In this document: positions 49,001-58,135 of the stretch, piece after piece | How the letters are laid out: each line of letters begins with the position of its first letter | Position numbering within the stretch: position 1 is the first letter of the stretch | DNA from: Vairimorpha necatrix | Taxonomy: Eukaryota | Direction of reading: 5' to 3' | Assembly (NCBI GenBank): GCA_036630325.1 | Contig: CP142728.1 | Coordinates: 868,001-932,000 of the forward strand | Length of the DNA stretch: 64,000 nucleotides | Notes under the pieces: generated by a model | The model's database searches: none | The model's input: the letters and a program-made list of their open reading frames with translations, nothing else | Told to the model about the DNA's origin: nothing | Position numbers and translations under genes: made by a program

Positions 49001-49290
49001 ATCTCAAATTTTTGGAGTTGATTTATGGTTAAATCTTGTTGAATATCATAAATGTTATAAATTTTTACTTTGCTCTTAACTGCAGTTCCTTGTATATTTT
49101 TTTTAAATTCTGTATGTTCTTTTTCTTTCTTTTCATCTTTGATATGAGTTTTCCTTGTTGAATTCAACTTGAGGTGGTCACGAGGGATGAACCCTCGTTG
49201 AAAGTAGGCCTCTAGCAAACTACTTGTAAACGGCTCCTTGGGCCTTGTTTGTTTATTATTTAAAAAATGTTTATTGTTGTTTTTCTGCAT
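46051..49290 (-). CDS. Single-frame gag-pol polyprotein of element C, truncated in integrase by the Merlin insertion
   Basis: WCSLHKSNYTHDTRRC, LLDSGSRRNYI, PFGIKPGPKLFQ, FIDD, HVDASEIG, HH-CC, SDRGRQF. Confidence 0.92.
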   Translation of the reverse strand: MQKNNNKHFLNNKQTRPKEPFTSSLLEAYFQRGFIPRDHLKLNSTRKTHIKDEKKEKEHTEFKKNIQGTAVKSKVKIYNIYDIQQDLTINQLQKFEMLAKANDWNDEQMALIYMDCIHDPRKDYLPSDSYIALRKSLLNFIYPPEQKRHAIRELDNTSQISYFSIKEYKETIEERLNSYSYYNDLKKREALHKMEEVFLKGLGDFTHLELTRQNMISKEIYEILTKVEKPNTHYEKENFDYNRNTQFNNPKWCSLHKSNYTHDTRRCYALQNKKRLPEFADHKDKNMIIKQRSQCPEDITVIGKIGNKDVKMLLDSGSRRNYITKSAVNEFNLKKEECARIKTIFGNNETAESNEMVNTVVTIKEKPFEVKFCVLEKLPVNFVLGNEFLDMHCAKLDYAEGTVELDGLRIDMVHKEGNAEELLDKEIVNKLCQVSESEEFNKLLDFYIKENKKFTSMKTNLASFNVIQPVLKTKKITYTVPFKYIEKAKMEIKRLLDADIIEKSSSDIISPAFFIEKKNKDLRLVVDYREVNKALQDDPWILPKIEDCLTIMGSNKFFTQIDLSNGFNQIKIDEQSKKYTSFFLLGQQWQYKRIPFGIKPGPKLFQRNISNILGDFDNVFVFIDDIVIYNKTKESHLISVEKILETLYSKNVQINFEKSKFFQPEIEVLGYKINHEGIFPKTNYLNNRIFEKEIRTKKDLQKLLGVINWYRKFIPDLSIRINKLTDMLKNKNENKIKITTEMRKEVDRIKEWILGNHMLSFPDYNSKFTLHVDASEIGLGSTLTQKDKIIRYYSKKFSGPELNYSIVEKEFLAIVLSMLNFKNIIQGSYVEIYTDSKNCIYENKIETSRINRWKLLLNEFSFSLNHIDGNKNCMADNLSRNFIGIGNNENNNHEEIIELNQECCLRDKNGNFIFDKEKRYIVKFNQVKKFISFMHEFGLHRGISTLYYNIKRYYYIKRIFKEIRNTISKCKICGIYKNKHPKKYITGNIVAQRKFEKVSTDIFGPFSLDNFIISERKEVGYILTMTDIYSRYTKLYFLYTINSDSVLRCFENWITTFGKPTSIISDRGRQFISNTTKDG

Positions 49291-49343
49291 CTACTTCTTT
49301 CTTTTTGTTGGGGTCGAAAAATAATATTTTTTAAAAAAAATAT

Positions 49344-50783
49344 TTAAGAAATTCCATTTTGGGGAAATGGAATTTTACATGTGGTTGTAATACCACAATT
49401 ACCAAGCAACCTTAGATCTCTAGTACTTATTTCTTCTATTATAATGCCATTATCATCTTCTTTGCATAATTTTACTTTATTAAATTGAATTATGTCTGTT
49501 ACAATATAGACTTCAGCATCTAAATGTTCATAAAGAGAATGTCTTCGGGTATTTACGTTGTTGTCCAAGTAAGGTCTTATAAGGACTCTATCTCCTATTT
49601 TAAATTCTAAGAAATCATTTCTCCACATACTTCTTTGTACCATTCTATCTGCAGCAGTTTGTGTATGAATTCTAGCTGCATCATGATAAATTTCATTTAA
49701 AAAAAGGTTTGTGTTATTAAGAGCATAGAGTTGCTGTATTTCTTCATTTGTATTGCCATCTAGAACATCTGATAAACTTTCCTCAGCTATTTTTTCTTCC
49801 TCTAACTCTTGTTCATGATTTTCGCTATTGATCGTATCTAGAATGCCCGTGATTCTAGACTCGTCCATTATGTCCCTAATGGGTCTACCAAACATTAAAG
49901 AGAATGGTGTTTGTCTCGTAGTAGAGTGTCTTAAATTATTATATGACCAGGTAACTTCTTCTCTTACCTTGGTCCATTGCCCCATAATATTTTTTGTCCT
50001 GAGAGTAGATGCAATCATCCACTTTATTGTTTGATTGCATCGTTCTATCTGTCCTTGTATCCATGGACATCTAGCTCTCCCCCTTACGTGTCTTATTTCA
50101 TATTTCTGACATAAATCGACGAGTGTTTGATTTACAAATTCTCTGCCGTTATCAGTATGAAGTATATAACAAGAACCAAATGTTCTAAACAATGTTTCAA
50201 AGGCATTCCCCACACTAATACCTGTTTTGTCAAACAGTGGTACCGTCCAACAAAATTTGGTAAATGAATCTACAATATTCAATAACCATTTATATCCTTC
50301 ATTGAGTTCGTGATATAGCCGAAGATCAATCAAGTCTGCAACATATCTTTCCCTTGGATACTTTGCTACAATTGGTCTAATAACTGGTCTAGTTACTAGA
50401 TTTCTCTTTGATTGACATATATCACAGCTATTCAAGACCCTCTGAATATCTTTTTGTGAAGCGTCGTAGACTTTTGTTTGCAATAATGGAAACAATCTGT
50501 CCCGTCCCGCATGCCCATTTGAGACGTGGATCAATTTTATATAATCGATTTTGAATCGTTGCTCGTTGGTGGTAAAGAATCTTAATGATCTATATAGACC
50601 TACTTTAAATCTCACCGTGAGCTCTGTGATGCCGTCAATTACATCCTCAAAAAGGATAAATTTTTGTGCTTTTTTTTTGAAAGCATCTCTTTCTTGTTTT
50701 GTTACCAACCTTGTTGGAACAACACCAGTCTGTAAAAAGACAAAAACTTCTTGTCTTTCATTGTTATTCAATTTTGTTTTCAT
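49344..50783 (-). CDS. Ginger-like (KRBA2/SCAND3-like) DDE integrase/transposase; last ~16 aa come from the inserted LTR
   Basis: HVSNGHAGRD..CDIC, YVADLIDL, HTDNGREF, QGQIERCN; removing element C gives the native end LRLLGNE*. Confidence 0.88.
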   Translation of the reverse strand: MKTKLNNNERQEVFVFLQTGVVPTRLVTKQERDAFKKKAQKFILFEDVIDGITELTVRFKVGLYRSLRFFTTNEQRFKIDYIKLIHVSNGHAGRDRLFPLLQTKVYDASQKDIQRVLNSCDICQSKRNLVTRPVIRPIVAKYPRERYVADLIDLRLYHELNEGYKWLLNIVDSFTKFCWTVPLFDKTGISVGNAFETLFRTFGSCYILHTDNGREFVNQTLVDLCQKYEIRHVRGRARCPWIQGQIERCNQTIKWMIASTLRTKNIMGQWTKVREEVTWSYNNLRHSTTRQTPFSLMFGRPIRDIMDESRITGILDTINSENHEQELEEEKIAEESLSDVLDGNTNEEIQQLYALNNTNLFLNEIYHDAARIHTQTAADRMVQRSMWRNDFLEFKIGDRVLIRPYLDNNVNTRRHSLYEHLDAEVYIVTDIIQFNKVKLCKEDDNGIIIEEISTRDLRLLGNCGITTTCKIPFPQNGIS

Positions 50784-50979
50784 GCCCTTATTTTTAAAAT
50801 AATTTTAAAAACAAATAAAAAATAAACACCAATTTTTTTTAATTTTTTACCCTTCTTAAGTAAGCATTTTTCCCGGCGTCCAGTCCGAACGGATATTTTT
50901 TTTTTAATTTTTTACCCTTCTCAAGTAAGCATTTTCCCCGGCATCCAGTCCGAACGGGCGTCCAATCCGAACGGTGACA

Positions 50980-52039
50980 TTAAATAAAATCTTCTCTTGC
51001 TCTTGCCTTTTCTAGCCAGCCTATCATATTTCTGTAAAACGCAGGACACTCACGGTTATAATCTAAACTCAAAACGTTCTCAATAATTGTTTCAATTAGA
51101 CTTTCTGATGAATAAAATGATGAAAATCTTGCCTTGAGCATTGAAAAAAACTCTTCAATGGGATTTAGTTGTGGTGAATAAGGAGGCAGAAATTTGTGAT
51201 TAATGCCTAGATTATTTAATTTTTGTAGAATTTCTCGCGAATGATGAAAACTGGCATTATCCATTATAAGAACTTTACCAGGATTATTCCTAAAGAACAT
51301 AGATAATTTATTTTTAACAAAGTTCATAAAACTCTCGGAATTATATGATCCGCGTTTATACTCAAATGCCAATAATCCATTTATAGTAATTACACACATA
51401 CAGTTTATAGTTGGGCCACGATTTGCTGGCACATTCTTATAGGCTTTAGTATTCTTTTCTGATATCCGTAACTTCGCGTAGTATGAGCGTTGAACCCAGT
51501 TTCATCGTGAAAAACTAGGTTTTCGGCCGAGTACCTACTAATTTCGGAGGCATAAATACTTCTTTTGTTATTTTTGTCCAACGAGTTACGTTCAACAGGA
51601 ATCAAACTGAGCCTTTTTCTTGTTATACCGAGTTTTTTGAGTTTTCTCGATATTGAAGATTTTGACAAATTTACGTTTGTTCGTAAATTTAACTCATTAG
51701 AAATTTCCTGTAAAGTCATATCGTTTGCACAATCAACTATGTTTTTAACAACCCGGTCTGTATTCGAAAGCATTTTATTTTGATACAACTGCCGAATAGA
51801 CCTTGTAGGTTGTTTGTGCTGAGTTCGAATAATAGATGCAACGGTTTTACGATGTAAATCAACCATAGTCGATATTTCGGCTATGGATCGCTTTTCATCT
51901 TTTGCCAATTCGAAAACGATATTCTTTAATTCGTTGGTTATTGTTTTCCTTATTTTTCTTACTATTAAGGGGATTAAAAAATTCAAATTTTTATGGGAAT
52001 ATAGAAATGCAAACAGGGGAATATAGAAATGCAAACCCC
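50980..52039 (-). pseudogene. IS630/Tc1-like DD34E transposase, frameshifted, both element ends truncated
   Basis: FHDETGFN, LIMDNASFHH, LPPYSPQLNPIEEFF (34 aa between D and E); upstream direct repeat GGAATATAGAAATGCAAAC x2. Confidence 0.85.
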
Positions 52040-53464
52040 TGTAATATTCTTATATTTTTATAACCCCATTATGGAAAATAAATACATGGGGGCGATACCA
52101 AATCGTGAGTTAACAAGTGTTGGCTGTGGTCAAGAGGCCAGAAAACTATTGCAAGAATATAAGATTATTATGTATGAGATCAAAGTTATTGAGTGTAGAA
52201 GCAATGAAGATTTGAAGAAATTTATTTTTGAAAAGGGAAGTTTGGAGCTGAAAAATTTTATGGTTATGAATATAAGTTTAGAGGATCATCATGACATGAT
52301 AGGAATACGACCAAAAGAGATTGTAAAAGATTATGAAGACGGAGAAGAGAGATTTAGAATGATTGAAGAGGTCACAAATAAATTGACAAAAGAAATATAT
52401 ACAGAGGAGATAGAGCGTAGGAAACGGTATTTGAGGACAATGAGATGTTTTTATTGTGAAAGGTTAGGACATAAAAGTAATATATGTTATAATAGATACA
52501 GAGAGGAGAGAAATAAACAAGAATGTGAGAAGATATATCAAGAGGACAGTAGTAGCAGCGATGGAAAATATTACAGGAATACGTAAGCTGGTAAACGGCA
52601 AAAGAAACAGATAGAAGTTAGGCCAGGTTTACCTTGAAAACGAACTGGAGAAGTAAAAGATATTAAGAAGAGAAGTTATGAGACGACAACATTCAAGGGG
52701 CTGACTTTAGAAGATGTTAAGAAGAAATTTAAAAACGTTATTGATGAAAATAAGGGAAAAATTAAAAATTGTAAAATAGGGAAATGTAAAATCAAGACAG
52801 AAGCAGGGGGAAAGGTCGTTAGGAAGGGACAGATGATTCCTCAAGCGCATAAAAACGAATTAATATAGCACTTTGAGGATTTAGAGAAAAGAAATGTAAT
52901 TAAAAGATCAACCTCTGAATGGCGGAATCCGAGAAAGGCTATAGTTAAGCCGGATGGGAGCGTACGTTTGGTCAGTAATCTTATGGCCCCGAACGATTTA
53001 GTAGAGAAGGATCCATATGAGTAGTGTAACATCAGGGATATTATTAGGTTTACGCAAGGCTCGAAGATTATGAGTGTTATTGTCCTTAAAGAAGCCTTTT
53101 ATGGGGCTGAGATAGAAGAAGCGTATAAGCATAAGACCGCGTTTGGGTTTGATAAGAAAGTATACGAGTGGAACAGCATGGTCCTGGGGTTCAAAAATTC
53201 GCCACAGATCATGCAAAGGATTATGAATAATATTTTTGAGAAGTATTTGGGAAGAGGAATAGAAGTTTACATGGGTGATATTGTGATACATGCAAGACGA
53301 GAAAAACACGACAAATTGTTTTTAGAAGCAATGAGACGGTATGAGAAGAATAACATGAGATTAAACTTGAAGAAAATACAGTATCGTCAATCAGAAGTTA
53401 AATTATCAGGAGTAACATTGAATGGGCAGGATATGATGCCATCCGAGATAAAAAAGAATGAAGC

Positions 53465-53733
53465 TGTGGTATCCACCACAATTATTTTTTAAATTTTTCA
53501 TATTTTTTAATTTTTAGAAATAGTGAATTTTTAGAAAATATTTTCTATAAATAAAAAATATGAAAAGAAGGGCACACAAAAAATGAAAAGATATAATAAC
53601 TCAGACAGACCACTAACAAACATGACTCCACAGCGAGATCAAACATTTAAACATTTAATTAAAAAGAAACCATTTATTTGTTCATTTATAGAACAACAAC
53701 TTCGTTTCGGACACCTCACCCGAGGTTACGACA
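53465..53733 (+). mobile_element. Solo LTR (269 bp) of the A/B/C clade
   Basis: TGTGGTATCCACCACA...GAGGTTACGACA, TSD GAAGC, similar to the B LTR (TATAAATAAAAAATA..AAGAAGGG, EQ..RFG.LTRGY). Confidence 0.88.
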
Positions 53734-53912
53734 GAAGCATTAGAATTTCCGAAGCCGCAAAATGTAACCGACGTAAGAAGATTTTTAGGATTAAGTGGTT
53801 GGTTCAGAGGGTTTTTAAAGAACTCTCAGAGAAAACGATACACATGACAGATTGCTTAAGAGGGAAAAACAAAAGTTGGAATTGGATATTGAATTTTAGA
53901 ATATGAAAAAAG

Positions 53913-55167
53913 GGTTAAATTGCGATGTTACCCCCCCCCACCCCTAAAAAAATAAAAAAAAAGGGGAAAAAATAAAAAAAAGGGGAAAAAATAAAAAAAA
54001 GGGGAAAAAATAAAAAAAGGGAAAAAATAAAAAAAAAGAGGAAAAAATAAAAAAAAGACAAAACTAAAATTTATTCAACTAATTCAAAATCAAATTCAGG
54101 GGCCAAATCGTAATTTAACAACCATATATTTTGAACTTAAAAAAAGCACAACATTCTTTCAAGTAGTGATTCTCTATAAATTAACCTAAAACGAGCTATA
54201 TAAAGTTTTCGAATTAAATTCATTAAAGAACCATGGCTTGTTCCTTCTTTGCGCAATTCCCTTTTAATTACAGACCACATTCCCTCAATTGTTTGGGTGT
54301 GGGCGCCTGTTGTTGGATTTATAAAATTTTGGCTATGATTTACAGTTAAATGTAAATAGTTATATTCCGGACATAGTTCCGAAAACCCTTCATAACCCCG
54401 CCAACAATCAGTAATAATTGTAGATCCAGGTGCGATTTTTCGTTTTATTAATTCGACAAGAGTATTTCTTGATCGATTTTCAACAATTTCGAAAAAAAAA
54501 GAATTGCTGTCTCCTCTTACAACTCCACCAACGGCCCAAACTTGGTATTGAAGGATTCTACCGTTATGGTTTTTACTTTTAACAAGCAATGTCTCGTCTA
54601 TTTCAACTACGCAGTTTAAACCTCCTATGGTTTTGTTTTTTATGTAGTTGAAATAGGATAAGAATACAGCGTTATTAAAACGCGTAAACCAGCGAGATAC
54701 GGTACTACTATCTATATCCAATTCGATAGTAGCCGAAACATTGCTTACACCTTTAACCCATTCACACAGCAAAATTAAAAGATCTTCGATATCTAATCTA
54801 GAACTTTTAAAAATGCTTTCTTTGTAAATGTTACCTTCGTTTGAGCATTTTCTCCCATTTCGTCGTAAGTAACAACGATATTTGTCCAAATTATTTCTAA
54901 TTTTGGTCATGGGAGTCATGCACTTATTGCACATTGGTACCTTTAATATATTTTTTTCAAGAAGAAATAATAATAATTCCTCTTTTTTATATATTAATTT
55001 TCGAAAATTCTTTATGTTCATTTTAGGGGGTATAATTTTTCCTCTTTTTTTTTATTTTTTCCCTTTTTTTATTTTTTCCCCTTTTTTTTATTTTTTCCCC
55101 TTTTTTTTATTTTTTCCCCTTTTTTTTTATTTTTTTAGGGGTGGGGGGGTAACATCGCAATTTAACC
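53913..55167 (-). mobile_element. Merlin DNA transposon (44799 family)
   Basis: TIR GGTTAAATTGCGATGTTACCCC, TSD GAAAAAAG. Confidence 0.95.
54137..55021 (-). CDS. Merlin transposase, last ~22 aa lost through a frameshift
   Basis: Near-identical to 44950-45900 up to MLC. Confidence 0.85.
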   Translation of the reverse strand: MNIKNFRKLIYKKEELLLFLLEKNILKVPMCNKCMTPMTKIRNNLDKYRCYLRRNGRKCSNEGNIYKESIFKSSRLDIEDLLILLCEWVKGVSNVSATIELDIDSSTVSRWFTRFNNAVFLSYFNYIKNKTIGGLNCVVEIDETLLVKSKNHNGRILQYQVWAVGGVVRGDSNSFFFEIVENRSRNTLVELIKRKIAPGSTIITDCWRGYEGFSELCPEYNYLHLTVNHSQNFINPTTGAHTQTIEGMWSVIKRELRKEGTSHGSLMNLIRKLYIARFRLIYRESLLERMLCFF

Positions 55168-57042
55168 GAAAAAAGTGCTTAAGAATTTAGGAAAATTGAG
55201 GATTGTTAATTACGAGAAAGAATTTTTATTAAGAACGGAAGTGAGTAATATTGGTATGGGAGCTGTACTTATGCAGAAAAATGAAAAAGAGGAACGGGCG
55301 CCGGTACAATGGGCATCAAAGAAATTTACTCCGACTGAAACTAGATACGAAATTAGCGAGAAAGAGATGTATGCCGTATATTGGGGCATAAAGAAGTTTG
55401 AGTATGAATTGAGAGGAAGAAAGTCGAAAGTTGAAACTGATCACAAGACTTTAGCAGAAACAAGAAGAAAGCCATGTTTTAATAATATTAGGATTAAAAG
55501 GTGGATAGAGATGATCCAAGAGTTTGATTTTGAAATTGAGTACAGGCAACTCGATCAGATGGTTGTTGCTGATGCATTGAGCAGAATCCATGAGAAAAAT
55601 GAACTTAAGAGAGAAATAATTAGACAAAGAACAGTGAAACAGGTGGCAGGAAAATGGTATAAGCACGTTGAGAAAGTCGGGGACAAGGAGTACTGGAATT
55701 TTGATTCTGGTCGTAGAGCTGAAATACCTGCAGTAGGTGATAGGTTAGAGTTAATGAAGAGGTACCACGAAGAACAGGCCCACAGAGGACTAGGAAGTGT
55801 CTATTATGCTTTGAAGTTTGACTATTATTGGCCAGGATTAAAGAAGATATAAAGATGATGATAAAAAAATGTGGAAAATGCCAAAAATACAACAGGAAAA
55901 AATCAAGAGGATACGATTTTATTGCGACAAGTAGATACCTAGAAAAGGTGGCAATAGATTTAATCGATTATAGAGATTTGGGAAAATTCGTTACAGTGGT
56001 TATTGGTTACTATCCGAGAGTCGCATAAAGTTGCGTGTTGAAAGATAAGCGTGCTAGCTCGATAATTGGATATATAGGAAATTTGTGTAGAAATGGTAAA
56101 AGACCAGAAGAAATCATATCGGACAATGGAAGAGAATTTGCAAATGAGGAATTTCGAGAGTTATGCAGAAAGTAGGATATAACTCACAGAAAGACCAGTA
56201 TTGAATCACAATAAAGCAATTGGATATTTGAAAGAGTTATTGGTACGTTTGTGAGAATCTGTTTTAAAAATGAATCCCAAAAATAGCTTTGAAGAAAGAG
56301 TTATGAAGGCCTTGGATTTATAATAATAGTTACCATGAAGGTCTAAGATGCACACCATTTGAGGCAGTTAAAGATAATACGGGCAATGTAATGCCAAGAA
56401 ATGGACCAGAAGGAGATTATAGTAGGCGGTTTAAAAAGAGAAATAGAGACAAGTTCGTCGAAGGACTGAGAGTGCGAGTTGCGAAGAGAGAAAATTTAAT
56501 GGGGTCTAATAGGTATGAAAAAGGTAAGTTTTTGGATATTGGGACGATTAGGATTGTGTGTCCGGGGGATTCTTATGTAGTAAAATTAATGAATGGACGA
56601 TTAGTAAAGAAGAGGCACTATGACTTAAAAGATCTGCTTAGGGCCGATGATGACGTAGGAGACTAACCGTCTTGGAGGGGGATGTTATATATTCTTATAT
56701 TTTTGAACTCCATTATGGAAAATAAATACATCCAATAATATTCACTTACGTTGAAGTAGCAGGCATTAATTCCTGCATGCGCACTTTTTCTGTGGATGTA
56801 TTTTATAAATTCGCTTGCATGTTTTTCTTTGATTATGTATCTACCTTTCTCATCTTTGGTAGAAAAATCACACCAATTTCTTATCTTGTCTTTTAGTTTG
56901 TCATTCACTTTTTTTCTTCACTAACAATAAATGATCGCGATATAGCGCCTGCCACATTGTTCTCAATACAATTAATGTTTTTTATTTCATAGTTAAAGGT
57001 GTTCATGGGGAGTATCCAGCGCCTCATTCTATTAGAAAATAC

Positions 57043-58135
57043 GGCTCTAGGGCCTATTCCCGGGTATTTTTCTTAAAGGGGCCCCTTTAAGAAAAATTAT
57101 AGAAAAAAAAAATCTTAATTATTTATTTCGAATTAAAAGTTTTAAGAGAGTTAAAAATGATCTTTATAAGCATTGGAATCATGAGTTTTTAAATTTTTTT
57201 TCCTCCAAACATATTCTTCTATATACCCTGGCATTGAATAACCTGGTATTCCTTTCCTCGTTTTGATGTCCGATTTGAAATGAGACCACTTACATTGATT
57301 AAATTAGTGTGGTCTCCATCAGCATTGGTGATTCCTTCCTCATGATTCACGATTTTATGTACTCCGCCAATTCCAGCAACAGCGTATTGGTAAGATCTGT
57401 GCCCATCAGTTTTTATTACAGACTTAAGACTAATATTTTCAAAGAAAAAGTCGAAGAAAGTTTTCTTTTTTTTATTTGGGATAACTTTAAGAACTAGTTT
57501 TCTAGTTTTTGCTTCAACTGCATCAATTATCAAAGTAGCTTTACTAATTGAATCATACATTTCAGATGGTGACTTTATAAGTTTTCCTTTTATTATAACA
57601 CTCTCATCCACATGTATTGGGTGCTTTGGCCCCAATTTCTCCCACGTTGTCATGTTATCTGCAGTTATTACTTCTATAATATTCCTTTTAATTCTTTTTA
57701 TGGTATTTAATAAAACAGAAGTATTTTCATTAATATTATATTCATAATTTTTTCGAGCCATGAGCATATTATAAATAAATATTCGCTTGTGTCTATCTTT
57801 GGACTTGAAATTTTTAGTCCCCTCAAAAACTGATTTGGATTTTCTACATAAAAAGTTAGAACATCTGAATCGAAGACTGTTCGAATATGAAATGTCATGT
57901 TCCAAAACCATCCTCTCGTAACATTTTGAACATGTTTAAATTCTTCAAGTAAGCCATGGCCTTTGAATAAAGACATGGCAGCTTCATCAGAAGAAAAATG
58001 CTAGATTTCGAATTTTTTGGTTCTTCTTATAAATTATTCATTTTTTAGGGGTTGTAAAAATTTCCCAGTTTAGGGCCTATTCTCGAAAAATTCCATCTTT
58101 TTTACGTTCATTACCAGTGAATAGGCCCTAGCGCC
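57043..58135 (-). mobile_element. Merlin DNA transposon, degenerate (27572 family)
   Basis: TIRs GGCTCTAGGGCCTATTC / GAATAGGCCCTAGCGCC; flanks GAAAATAC/GAAAATTT (6/8). Confidence 0.9.

Larger units (their letters stand above)
44106..49397 (-). mobile_element. Ty3/gypsy element C (palindrome-PBS clade), recent
   Basis: 228-bp LTRs 44106-44333 and 49170-49397, apparently identical; TSD ATTAC; PPT AAGGGGGCAGAA. Confidence 0.95.
43862..50979 (-). mobile_element. Ginger-like DNA transposon (LTR-type integrase between TGT..ACA TIRs), interrupted by element C
   Basis: TIRs TGTCACCGTTC(A/G)GA..GGACGCCCGTTCGGACTGGA.GCCGGGG (~45 bp); single integrase ORF, no RT/gag/LTR of its own; no TSD (TATA vs TTAA). 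Confidence 0.82.
52040..56730 (+). mobile_element. Ty3/gypsy element I (related to E) with 47-48 bp LTRs, degenerate
   Basis: LTRs 52040-52086 and 56683-56730, PBS TGGGGGCGATACC, PPT GGAGGGGGA; CFYCERLGHKSNIC; pol fragments homologous to E; no TSD. Confidence 0.88.

Noticed and set aside
49344-49397. Overlap of the Ginger integrase ORF with element C as a functional fusion or extra retroelement ORF
   Set aside because: Explained by insertion of C (TSD ATTAC) in the last codons of the integrase gene
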